A stretch of DNA of 64,000 nt from Chloroflexota bacterium (GTDB lineage Bacteria; Chloroflexota; Anaerolineae; Anaerolineales; UBA11858). Below, one piece after another: positions 37,601-43,276 of this stretch. A program made the translations under genes and the position numbers. Below the pieces are notes generated by a model. The model searched no databases. It had not been told where the DNA came from and saw nothing but the letters and a program-made list of their open reading frames with translations. Where the stretch lies: contig JBDRGC010000023.1 of assembly GCA_043818215.1 (NCBI GenBank), positions 1,976 to 65,975 of the forward strand, in the 5' to 3' direction. Every line of letters begins with the position of its first letter. The first letter of the stretch is position 1.

Positions 37601-40449
37601 ATCCCGGTTTCAACAGTACCGGAACGCATCAGATTTACGCTCAGGCGGATGGCGCTTGCCAGGTGACTGAGGCCGACGAGGACAATAATATCTATGGCCC
37701 CCATGATGTTACCGTTTCCAGCTCGGGACCAGCCCCCGACCTGATCATCGAGGCCCTGGATACCCAGCCCGCCGCGCCGGGCGTCAACCAGCCTTTCAGC
37801 ATTACCGTACTCGTCAAGAACCAGGGCTTGCTGGGAACCGGCTCGTTCGACACCGGTGTCTTCATCAACGAGCAGCCCACAGGCGGATGCCATGATATAC
37901 CCTGGGATTACCAGATGATCTCGCTTGCAGCGGGGATCTCGACTACCCTGACGTTCGAACACCCCGGATTGATCGAGGGCGGCCCGAACGACATCTATGC
38001 CATGGCCGATGTATGGTGTACTGAAATAGAATCGAACGAATCCAACAATATCTTCGGCCCAATCACAATCGATGTGGCCGCATTGGATGGAAACCGCCGC
38101 CAGTCCTACGCCGGAGACTTCGCCTGGCCAGGGAAACCCCTCCTGGCGGTTTTCTCTCGGCTGGTATTTCGCCCAGGGTCGGGACAGCCCGTTGCGGGTC
38201 AGGTTGAGCCGTCCATGCAAGCATCAACCCCAACACTAACCAGCGTCTATACGTACACCTACGCTTATATCGCCGATGTCAGCTATGGGCTGAGGATCGT
38301 CGATGTCAGCGATCCGGCTTCCCCTGCACAGGTGGGCGCGCTGCCACTCCCCGGCCCAATGCGGAACATCGTCGTGGCGGGCGATTATGCCTATCTGGTC
38401 AGTCAATTCAACGGGTTATTTGTGGTCGATATCTCCAATCCGGGTTATCCGGGTCTGCTGGATTCTTACGCTACCCCGGGCCACACCGAAGGTCTGGATG
38501 TCAGCGGCGGATACGCCTACGTGGCCGACAGGTTGGCGGGCTTGCAGGTGATCGATGTCAGCGACCCCAACGCCCTGCAATGGAAAGCCGTTTACAACAC
38601 GCCGGGATACGCCTATGGTGTGGATATGGTTGGCGGGTACGCTTATGTAGCCGATGGCAGCGGTGGTTTGCAGGTGCTCGATATCTCGAATCCGTCGAGT
38701 CCCCAGTTTGTGGGAGAACTCGATTCTATATACGCTGTTGACATAGATGTGAACGGCAACACTGCCTATATTGTGACCGGCTCGCAGGGGCTGGCCGTGG
38801 TCGATATCTCCGATCCGGCTAATCCTGAACTCGAACGCTGGTTCAACACCCCCGGTTACGCGCAAGATGTGGTCTTCTCGGGGGAACTGGCCTATATTGC
38901 GGATCAAGACAGCGGGCTGCGGGTGATCAACCCTACCGAACACATACCCGAAGCCACGGCTTGCGACACCGCCGGGCATTGCACCACAGTGGAAATGACT
39001 CACTCCGCGGCCGATTTGGTGCAAGTTGCCCTGGATCGAAATCCGCAGGCCGAGATACATTTCCCATTGGCCGCGCCGCCGCTCTCGGTGGAAATTCTCA
39101 ACCTGCCGTCTGTCCTGGACAGCACCGCTCCCTTCACCATCACCGGCCATGCCACCAGCACCCTGACCACCCTGGAGTTGATCACGGTCACAGTGGATGG
39201 CACGGCGTTGATGGTTACAGGCTGGGTCAGCGGCACGCAAGAGAGTGATTGGAATGCCGGTTGGACTCCCGCCGGGGATGGGCCGCACCTCGTCCGGGCT
39301 GATGTTTTGGGTGCCTATGGCAGCACGGCCAGCGAGACCGTCACGGTGACGGTGGATACCCTGGCGCCAACCGTCAATATCTCACCGACGGTTTACACTA
39401 GTGCGGATTATTACGAGCCGCGCACCATCAACCTGCGCGGGGAGTATGCGGATGCGGGCGGGGTGGCGAGTGTCGAGTGGCGAGTGGCGGATGGCGAGTG
39501 GCGGGTGGCGAGTGGCGAGTGGCGGGTGGCGGGTGGCGAATGGCGGGGGGGCTGGTCGTTGGATGCTGGGCCGCTGCCGGATAATGAGACTTTCACCGTT
39601 TATGCACGCGCCACCGATATCGCCGGACATACTACTGAGATTAGCGAAACCGTCACCGTGGATGTGCTGCCGCCGGAGGCCGTTACCCTGACCCTGACCG
39701 GGAACGGCAGCCCTCTCGCCCCCGGCGAAATCCTGCCAACTGCGGCGGCCAACTTCGTCCTGACCTGGGATGCCAGCAGCGACGGCAGCGGGCTGGACGA
39801 CTATCAAGTCCGCTGGACGACCCAGGTCACGGACACGATCTCGGCGGAATTCACGCACACGGTTCCCACAACCGGCCCGTTGACCTCTGTCTACGCGGCT
39901 GTGGATGGGCAAAAGGTCTCTGTTGAGTTGGGCAGCCGGGATACACTCGGTAACCAGCGCTGGCAGAGTTTCGGCAGCGTGTTTGTGGACAGCCAGCTTG
40001 CGCTAGATTACATCGCCATGAATGTAGGGGATGAGGGTATGTACCGCGGCTGGATGGAGTCAGACTGCACCGATCTGGGGATTGACCGGCGGGCCAACCG
40101 CATTTATGGCAATATCCCCGCACAAGAACTCTTCGCCTCTTGGAATGCGGGAGCTTTGCGTCTGGCCTGGATTGGCGGCAACTGGTACGCCGATGGCGAC
40201 CTGTTCCTCTACCTGGATACAGCCGCAGGCGGTACGAACCAGGTCTATGATCCCTTCGGCGCTACCTACGACATCACCCTGCCCGATGGGATGCTGGCGG
40301 ATTACCTCGTGTGGGTGCAGGACGGGGAGACAGCCAGTTTGCTCCACTGGGAGGGGGGTTGGGTGGTTGCCAGTGATCAGTTACCAGTAAGCAGTTTTCA
40401 GTTTTCAGTGGTCAGTGGTTGGCGGTTACGGATTTGTATTTGCCTTTAG
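25129..40449 (+). CDS. Giant surface protein, segment 2 (TSP3 repeats, TM bundle, 6 LamG, Ig-like, 6 CARDB, LVIVD propeller)
   Basis: The frame is open from 25129 (TGA at 25126-25128). Recognisable sequence starts at 25243 (LDTDLDGIADAVE). The ORF track begins at GTG 25342. There is no SD and no ATG of its own. Confidence 0.75.
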   Translation, partial: SVFSLQSPVFSPQSPITNLQSLAQHPRQGAISNLQSPSLDTDLDGIADAVEQALGTEINDPDTDGDTLNDGVEFLRLGTDPLSKDSDGDGIFDNVEVTGFMDVNGLHWYLDPNSPDTNKDSRIDTEECHQLVGRNTVGDRKCSDTDGDSTPDIFDRDDDGDDVADPVDIYPMGMVDRDGQHTNGSNPNAFTDDHPFELKIESLQTGLPVFVDFQLRPENPDHLTYALNVLDWPSEDIEGQIQHVKHTTFASDFTDEQLTGNPSAANGDMRLIPMLELTISGDHVPFARTNPAIDVAVRGVISGTIQLEQASSNRDNTSLDFSFDDPGQDYTVKIYEGGCPVSGTPVKTYTNRSDGDSSTWTGKKVVDLANGTYALTVSNGTDTVCAAIGNIINGPYIYAMIDPEPLRPYGISVREADQNGTLIAYIPLNMVPDETGGGRVAFSARMAYELGTDATWDQAQQVRMVWMLEMLTDSCDSNGFEEDWAAMTLSDPTLGMKAGSKDAAFRTWCSLPEHRTPDTSRIVHTYDDSWILTGLAVREDHGLDVAVVYEDPAQGDVATSENLWQLSRGLAATFLVGRDCEDNDVTTYPDYDPDTGSCNDDTYRDISVYTNGPDGNTIGNTNIYNRFDASGSAADGDDQRWGIPKAALQVARFRYDSQDYATYLAMTETPDILEANFAHTDEPTLLFAREEHYRSADLGAASKSGSVFTVNMVSSNQPLQTVTGLKWMPYAYDDDTGWSPIPIRELWDDLIIQYEDTFAQTYPEDTEAANLGRAVVARSYYVSLIQGLVQQVEIGSDLLWQPDLEGEADDWVYSVETQLEYISFFGWILADVLKEAFDTYGTKWRFINISGFSVDSGVLKPWQSLLPVEEFHGALESIGEGIKSATWGPWASLFSGGVKSKIGAGIALAGAVAVVGLTIYGITQQSNALDIVSMVMTGLWVILAIQNLVSTAVQVIKAVQEAGSMAAAVSKGLSEATSNIKSTFKSAAVVGLIISVVATWAALGAQIGLSYGLGGGMSSIALGTAIAGAIAATVVMVIMFVIAAIPIVGQIIAAIIMLIDAVVSLFCTIFLDEEQAEHPAAEWFCGGLQGIVTKALTVLIYSGNVMVELYPEDYDRLEFYDFLADDLVDPDLGISVGNKVKYSLSITNTIDIAPLPDDLGAAYRYQYNDKQLRSSAFSYDLSITNTVELHENLDRYTTTTDWEYVDGGSEADWGDFGHTWHKAEPVYINRTVQHPDGVPFEVAGINQSVPLYLLEGWAVPSQNCILGICTIWTDRGTENFNLGSGLKFDVFPVTLDEFYTLTSKDGGYALAWSQSGDVTFPRLVDGDGDGIPYPVDAHDNVWDNDGDGLSDSFEVKLGSNPDNKDSDGDGLPDNLELISETNPLRTDSDGDGLSDGAEVYHQDITDHDSDGNFTEWLGGWEYGYNLKPDGTLQTTWVSSSPMSTDSDGDSLTDFQEKTFGFNPTWMSNPTILTFESTISESDGSGGYTDSDGFALPGDTLYYAASVENELYNRWAHGLLDTDFPGVLDDDAIDPQPFLLYPLEQQVIEGQVPVANTAASGVYNLTQTAGALISDWAELASGAALWYPFEDDAAATTYADRSGSIPPDDGTCSNATPGAGCVPIKNDGVYGGSLNFDGTARVASDYDPADNAFAISLWFKTTEPNGGLLDTQGFWDRWLYLYGGNVKARMYNGVSHQILTSAQTYNDGDWHHVVHTFGGSAGGQKLYVDGQRVDSGSYTTARASTNGIRLGYANISGIGYFDGKIDDVRLFERGLTFTEVQAIFDTPILDLRFNESSGWQDSSPFANDASCTGTCPDHVDGIDGRGANFSGSHYITVPSDDSLKLNQGGFTIGVWIYPTESPEYCYQREFYSPPCDIWKPQPQGILGFGSGEDNAYPTLQRVGNALRFTYGDKPYFTTGDVLQPNKWNHVAVSYDGSAVLIYVNGVKVAEDSTTFTTPPPGTKTLTVGRSGTAGTFEVKKVRVDEEGDGIGKAEMCIAFRSYGGDWQTVFDQQVDGGLVDASYFPLLYNVAAGPFEFNTLADLRVWEDDGGEHCVTVNNKSDSDPIDDGDDGMGFWSFRTTDVSKGFDKLYSTDPTTDPYRHYGLMGYSGDSSGHFYMVYHNDSIPFYGKIDELLIYNRPFDADSVLDMYQAQRLSLHLKFDDPPGETSFVDSSFGHHNASCGGAACPVAGVAGRVNQAAIFDGNDHLTLANSGINRLTNEFSVAAWIRPESVSGYHRILSTARTNSHNGFAFGTYNDGLSFTTFGKKDYALTGLGLVTGKWTHVAAVMDENNAVSFYVNGVFQDIVAGSSPASADTDDALLVGATTDSGSSVRIQTFNGRIDDLYVFSNALSEAGILNLYQNAPAFQLHLDETQSATGFSDDANPSRMVSCTGSHCPQVGFGVDGQLGTAAQFDGVDDYIYTPYSQQTTGDFSISAWVRPTAIRDGQQPIFVHYATSYANFGLFIKPDSMIPQFLAHGCAGGSETVLDSGSALIMNSWNHIVGTYSGGTMTIYINGAPQGSQNWNRCQNPGPFWVGGNVPDTVPFAGQLDEVTLYNHALSRQMIAEIFNYQGKWVQERQSHNIAIDDDNPTVTLETTGDRLPDTDVQMLVIASDPTSGIQSVQFGVQAPGQSSYTWSDAPPCQDAAAETAWCPTFNPAGEGAYSLRAKVTDLVGHISTTDATVYVDNQSPTATFDFTANALLLPTLSDTQPNTWELALSGMISDPDIGSEAGSGVAASSLQVSVFNENGTLVGPAPQPPTLNGDNWSLDYDIAEPYPSGIFTVTLTATDKIVLRAGLDDSQLDRHSLETSRLIQIDATPAAGYLDLGGVTALITDTQTLEGQATERPVHLRVAWNTDAHADQLGLAITCNGLIQHQFQPGTLQPLADSYSWSGDVHRGAACQIHLTDTGGDGGTSGTIEACGEEIADWDASFGGGQVVNFTAVADACGPSLDVAGVAGVETALVSVLPGSPFYNQEPIPGATLHLPFDDVPTANGTLSFRDISGENRNGTCTGIACPTWGQPGHVGRAVSFSGAQWIDSTNFDIDDDFTLSLWINPLATSDGQSFIGKHTYGGSNLIVFGFWNGGYSFRIRSDSYDAGTKTTGWQHLVVVGQKTSATTTLVTVYKDNQLLWQHTLNAVVGNVSGKPWSFGQEWDGNTRSDYFSGLMDEARFFDRAMDAAEISELNMGANPVLHLPLDESWASNGTALPDQSGWAHDGWLSAGIGDMVNKAAPGGVGPYALDFDGSDDHITIPDSNALDLEQFSVGLWVRPDTWSYSVDNPLILKGNQSGNNLNYGIYITAQGKLSFRFYDASCTTLHAVEDGVAPLHQWSHILATYDGTQVSIYRNGQVVKTEAVSGGVCQNNDPVWIGETPGGVTTYEGLIDDVILYPRVISEPEVESLYAAGWQSTTTTPTGVGVELSDWNTSIPAGLEGTFRLDLRGEDMNALVSKPEAAWQGEIDTLDPRVTLDAQVSGDTVQYTTIAADWNLTESGYNTPCGAGIIDQREYFESPWYQALGTGEQRVYQLTTQCEHSIAELSGEVGAYDTPGLSYGVAVSSTLSYIADGEGGLQIVDVSNPVQPQFVGSLGGIYPWAVAVAPGGAVLIPDLMVDSIAVEPASPEINQAFIVSVTVRNQGAGTAWNFTTAIYQDAQPAACEGSIPQWTAAIPRLDAGQSAVVAFSHSGFSSFTPHTLYAQADSGCMVAESDEANNIAGPLYITAVQSDLVVESLSFDPVSPFENQPFTITAVISNTGTGAAATFSTTIYIDQAIGFTDCNVPGWATMSVSSLAAGTSTEVVFNHSGLSATGDYEVIAYADSGCDVAESQELNNLAGDWVTVVTAPKPDLLITLITSETNSPIINQPFVVTTTVHNQGTAASGAFTTTVFLDEQPLACPNLTGQFDATRITNLDPGESATITFTHPGISTYGGHFITSQADSHCEVIESIETNNTSTRLNLNVVDPNKPDLTIENIVTHPITPTINQSFIISVTLKNQGLGIAVDFYGYIMTAIYQDKVPSNCDEGTLWIYTGPLNPGETRIITRTLAGISTPGPHQFYANVDSACEISESNEDNNIFGPITVTARAPDLIVEEIATQPITPTINQSLVVSVTIKNQGLEAAQNFDTTFYFDHIPSQCDEGAPDWYFAHTDYLTAGVSTVVTMTYPGFNSTGTHQIYAQADGACQVTEADEDNNIYGPHDVTVSSSGPAPDLIIEALDTQPAAPGVNQPFSITVLVKNQGLLGTGSFDTGVFINEQPTGGCHDIPWDYQMISLAAGISTTLTFEHPGLIEGGPNDIYAMADVWCTEIESNESNNIFGPITIDVAALDGNRRQSYAGDFAWPGKPLLAVFSRLVFRPGSGQPVAGQVEPSMQASTPTLTSVYTYTYAYIADVSYGLRIVDVSDPASPAQVGALPLPGPMRNIVVAGDYAYLVSQFNGLFVVDISNPGYPGLLDSYATPGHTEGLDVSGGYAYVADRLAGLQVIDVSDPNALQWKAVYNTPGYAYGVDMVGGYAYVADGSGGLQVLDISNPSSPQFVGELDSIYAVDIDVNGNTAYIVTGSQGLAVVDISDPANPELERWFNTPGYAQDVVFSGELAYIADQDSGLRVINPTEHIPEATACDTAGHCTTVEMTHSAADLVQVALDRNPQAEIHFPLAAPPLSVEILNLPSVLDSTAPFTITGHATSTLTTLELITVTVDGTALMVTGWVSGTQESDWNAGWTPAGDGPHLVRADVLGAYGSTASETVTVTVDTLAPTVNISPTVYTSADYYEPRTINLRGEYADAGGVASVEWRVADGEWRVASGEWRVAGGEWRGGWSLDAGPLPDNETFTVYARATDIAGHTTEISETVTVDVLPPEAVTLTLTGNGSPLAPGEILPTAAANFVLTWDASSDGSGLDDYQVRWTTQVTDTISAEFTHTVPTTGPLTSVYAAVDGQKVSVELGSRDTLGNQRWQSFGSVFVDSQLALDYIAMNVGDEGMYRGWMESDCTDLGIDRRANRIYGNIPAQELFASWNAGALRLAWIGGNWYADGDLFLYLDTAAGGTNQVYDPFGATYDITLPDGMLADYLVWVQDGETASLLHWEGGWVVASDQLPVSSFQFSVVSGWRLRICICL
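27830..28345 (+). other. Internal cluster of about 5-6 predicted transmembrane helices in the giant protein
   Basis: IGAGIALAGAVAVVGLTIYGI; LDIVSMVMTGLWVILAIQNLV; AAVVGLIISVVATWAALGAQIGL; IALGTAIAGAIAATVVMVIMFVIAAIPIVGQIIAAIIMLIDAVVSLF. Confidence 0.6.
29095..29520 (+). other. Thrombospondin type-3-like Ca-binding repeats (a second cluster; the first is at 25243-25640)
   Basis: DGDGDGIPYPVD, DNDGDGLSDSFE, DSDGDGLPDNLE, DSDGDGLSDGAE, DSDGDSLTDFQE. Confidence 0.8.
29878..35343 (+). other. Six LamG/ConA-like (Laminin_G_3-type) modules separated by an Ig-like stretch (32870-34030)
   Basis: Each module begins L(H/W)LPxDE... and ends like F.G.IDDVRLF.RAL...E(I/V)..L(Y/F). Example: YFDGKIDDVRLFERGLTFTEVQAIF. 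The second module carries a nested insert of about 150 aa (about 31040-31490). Confidence 0.75.
35938..38080 (+). other. Six tandem CARDB-like modules (about 120 aa each)
   Basis: Starts are PDLMVDSIAVEP, SDLVVESLSFDP, PDLLITLITSE, PDLTIENIVTHP, PDLIVEEIATQP and PDLIIEALDTQP. Each has V.N.G and ES(D/N)E.NN. Confidence 0.8.
38250..38935 (+). other. LVIVD-repeat beta-propeller (6 repeats, plus one isolated repeat near 35790)
   Basis: YAYIADVSYGLRIVDVSDP, YAYLVSQFNGLFVVDISNP, YAYVADRLAGLQVIDVSDP, YAYVADGSGGLQVLDISNP and further repeats. Confidence 0.8.
39461..39544 (+). repeat. Intragenic array 2: 12 heptamers (GAGTGGC/GGGTGGC), 84 nt, in frame
   Basis: Hand-indexed units. Translated as VASVEWRVADGEWRVASGEWRVAGGEW inside an Ig-like region. 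Confidence 0.9.
40371..40426 (+). repeat. Intragenic array 3: 7-8 heptamers (CAGTGAT CAGTTAC CAGTAAG CAGTTTT x2 CAGTGGT x2)
   Basis: Hand-indexed at 49-56 nt. The break between the 25342 frame and the 40419 frame lies here. Confidence 0.85.
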
Positions 40450-43091
40450 ATATGATTGGACTGCACGCCGGGGATAGCTTCAGCCTGCTGGGAATTGCCA
40501 CCGAGAACGATTCGCTCAACATCTGGGCGACTCTGCCAAATGCAAATCCGGTCAACAGCAAAAAGGCCCTGGGGCGATTGTTCACCCTGGACGAAGAGAA
40601 CGACTTCCAACTCAGCCATGCTTACCACTGGGATGCCCTGAGCGCTGGGATTTGCCCGAATGGGAGCATCACACCGGCCGCAGGCGCTTACCTGGATACG
40701 GAGGTGCAGGTCAATCTCTCGGCTGACCCGGCTGGAGCCAGCTTCAACCTGATGGGGGATGGTCTCTTCTGGCTGCAAAACCTGCTTTTGGGCAGTCCGC
40801 CCGCCGATGTGACCACCCAACTGGATTTCCTGGCGGGCGATCAAACCCCGCTCCATCACGAGCAAACCGTCACGTATACCCTCTCTTATCGCAATCGCGG
40901 TTCAGACATAGCTTACGGCGTTTTTGCAAATGTTGAAGCTCTATTTGCCATGACACTGCCGGGCGGGAATTCGGTACCCATCGGAGATATTCCTCCCGGT
41001 GCGGATGGTGAGGTCACTTTCACGGGCGTGGTGGATACCAACATCAGCGCTGAACCCTGGGCAGGGGTAGCCATAGAAATCTTCGACGCCGCCCATCCGG
41101 ATTCGGGGAACCCCATCGAGTGGTTGTGGACCCATCACCGGGTGGACAACACCGGGCCGGAATTCTTCGGCGCCCAGCAGCCGGCCTATCTCCTGGGGCC
41201 AGGGATGAATACCCTGCGAGGTTACGCCTACGATCCTGCCGGGGTCAAGGATCTGACGGTACAGGTTCAGGGCAGCGGCCAGACTTTCGACTGTCCAGAT
41301 TCCACACCAATGGATGGAACCTGGTCGTGTGATTGGGAAGTCAGCGGTCAAAATAACGACCTGTTCACCCTACAACTCCAGGCCACAGATGGCTTCGGCC
41401 TGACCAGCGGCTGGAGTCCGGGACAAACTTTCTTGCTGGATAAGCAGGCCCCCATCGTCACTCTGGATATTAGCGTTACGAGTGTGTTTTCCGGCAGCCT
41501 CGTTCACGGATCACGTTTCACGCTTTACGGGGATGTCGAGGACAACGGCGGATTGGGCCGGGTGGATGTCTGCGTTGATGGGGATTGCCAGCAGGCCGAC
41601 CTGCGCTTGCAGCCTGGTCAGGGAGCGGTGACGGTTGCGGATACCCCCGGGACGCCGGTCGCTATCAATAACGGGACCCCCTGCAATGGTAGCGAGATAC
41701 TGGTCACTTTTGGGGTGGCAGAATCCTTCGCGGTTGGTAACGTCCAACTCGGCTTCGTCGCAGAACACGAGCGGCGGGATGATCTGCGGGTCACTTTGAT
41801 ATCCCCGTTGGGGACGGCTGTCCAGTTGCTGACTGACGATGGCATCTCCGGGACGGATTTCCGGCATGCCGATTTCTGGTTCGCTGATGCCGCCCCCCTT
41901 GATTTCAGCCAGGCACTTGGCGATCACGATCCGGGCGCGCCGGATTATGAACATTTCGCCCGGCCAGACCAGCCTTTGAGCGCGTTTTGGGGCCAGGCAG
42001 CGCAGGGAGATTGGACGCTAGAGATTTGCGACTTGAATCCGAACACGGACGACGGGGCTTACTTGAGCAGCCAGTTGACTTTGATACCTCAAGAAACGCA
42101 TAGCAAATCCGGGCGTTGGTCTCAACAAGTTCAAATTTCAGATACAGATGGCCTAGATTACGTCACCAAAGAGATCAGGGTTTATGGGCAGGATTTGGTC
42201 GGCAACCGCACGGGGAACCCGCTGGCGTTGGATTTGATCATCGACAGTGTGGCGCCGGTCATCACGGTGACAGCGGAAATTACGCAAGGTACGTTGGGTG
42301 ACACGGTTGTGGTGTTGGGCGGAGTTGTGACCGATGGCGGGCCGGCGACGAATCTCAGCGTGCATGTCTACCCGCCGGAAGGAACGCCATACAGCGTTCG
42401 GGCCGCTCGAAATGGGGACGGCTGGGAATTCGAGTTGGACTTCACACTCGTGGGGACGTACACGCTGTGGGTCAATGCCAGCGACCTGGCGGGGAACGCT
42501 GCCACGACCGGGCCGTTCGAAGTGGTTGTCCGACCACCCACACAGGTTTTCTTGCCGTTGGTCTTGAGTAATTCCGCCGCCGGGCAGGGTGTGCATGGCC
42601 CCGATCTGGTCGTCGAGCATATCCTGGTCACCCAAAACAATGTCCAAATTATCATTGCCAACCACGGCAATGCGCCCGTAGCAGACGCCTTCTGGGTTGA
42701 TCTGTATATCGACCCAGACCCGATTCCGACTGCTGTCAACCAGACCTGGGACATGCTGTGCTATGAGGGATTGGCTTGGGGTGTGACCGATGTGTCCTCG
42801 CTGATTCCAGGAGGCACACTTACAATAGACATGAATCACCCCAGCTTCAGGCCGGATTACAGCCTGCTCTATGACGATTTTGATCCGGCGATGGCGATCT
42901 ACGTTCAGGTAGACTCTTATGCCAGCACGACCTACGGCGGGGTTCTGGAAAGCCACGAGGTCGAGGGCACGGCTTATAACAATATTTCTGGGCCGACTTT
43001 CCCCTTGCCCATCAGCCTGGATCAGGATATTCTGCAATTTATGCAATCATCCCCAACACAGGATGAGATCAACTTGCTTCCTGAGCGTTAA
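40377..43091 (+). CDS. Giant surface protein, segment 3 (Ig-like repeats, proprotein-convertase P-domain at about 41702-42090, terminal CARDB-like domain)
   Basis: The frame is open from 40377. The track start is TTG 40419, with no SD. P-domain pattern: GNVQLGFVAEHERRDDLRVTLISPLGTAVQLL...GDWTLEICD. The C-terminal module starts PDLVVEHILV. Confidence 0.75.
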   Translation, partial: SVTSKQFSVFSGQWLAVTDLYLPLDMIGLHAGDSFSLLGIATENDSLNIWATLPNANPVNSKKALGRLFTLDEENDFQLSHAYHWDALSAGICPNGSITPAAGAYLDTEVQVNLSADPAGASFNLMGDGLFWLQNLLLGSPPADVTTQLDFLAGDQTPLHHEQTVTYTLSYRNRGSDIAYGVFANVEALFAMTLPGGNSVPIGDIPPGADGEVTFTGVVDTNISAEPWAGVAIEIFDAAHPDSGNPIEWLWTHHRVDNTGPEFFGAQQPAYLLGPGMNTLRGYAYDPAGVKDLTVQVQGSGQTFDCPDSTPMDGTWSCDWEVSGQNNDLFTLQLQATDGFGLTSGWSPGQTFLLDKQAPIVTLDISVTSVFSGSLVHGSRFTLYGDVEDNGGLGRVDVCVDGDCQQADLRLQPGQGAVTVADTPGTPVAINNGTPCNGSEILVTFGVAESFAVGNVQLGFVAEHERRDDLRVTLISPLGTAVQLLTDDGISGTDFRHADFWFADAAPLDFSQALGDHDPGAPDYEHFARPDQPLSAFWGQAAQGDWTLEICDLNPNTDDGAYLSSQLTLIPQETHSKSGRWSQQVQISDTDGLDYVTKEIRVYGQDLVGNRTGNPLALDLIIDSVAPVITVTAEITQGTLGDTVVVLGGVVTDGGPATNLSVHVYPPEGTPYSVRAARNGDGWEFELDFTLVGTYTLWVNASDLAGNAATTGPFEVVVRPPTQVFLPLVLSNSAAGQGVHGPDLVVEHILVTQNNVQIIIANHGNAPVADAFWVDLYIDPDPIPTAVNQTWDMLCYEGLAWGVTDVSSLIPGGTLTIDMNHPSFRPDYSLLYDDFDPAMAIYVQVDSYASTTYGGVLESHEVEGTAYNNISGPTFPLPISLDQDILQFMQSSPTQDEINLLPER

Positions 43092-43129
43092 TCAAAGGAC
43101 TTGTTGCTCAATAAAAAAAGTAAGCTTTT

Positions 43130-43227
43130 GTACACGGATTCCACGGAGCAACACGGATCTATCTTTGTTTTGTATAAAAATATCCGTGGAATCCGTGACA
43201 TCGTGCCCGAAGGGTAAATCCGTGTAC
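43130..43227. repeat. 'gtacacggat' palindromic element, copy 3
   Basis: gtacacggattccacggagcaacacggat ... atccgtggaatccgtgacatcgtgcccgaagggtaaatccgtgtac. Confidence 0.8.
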
Positions 43228-43276
43228 AAAAAAACCGTCATCGTTATTGGGGAATAACTCTAAAGGATAAACAGCC

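Noticed and set aside
25129-40449. Programmed -1 ribosomal frameshifting, or translational bypass of the arrays
   Set aside because: Both junctions do need a -1 shift. However, I found no X XXY YYZ slippery site, and the arrays at the junctions are not self-complementary. DNA-level length variation, assembly error or pseudogenisation are simpler explanations. The idea is kept only as a test within the findings.
26947-43046. Long antisense ORFs within the giant gene (e.g. 26947-27582, 31354-31977, 34075-34758, 37312-38220, 38416-39288, 42153-43046)
   Set aside because: They lie opposite a strongly supported coding frame with modular domains. Their translations are low-complexity and Arg/Gly/Pro-rich, as is typical of GC-rich antisense frames.
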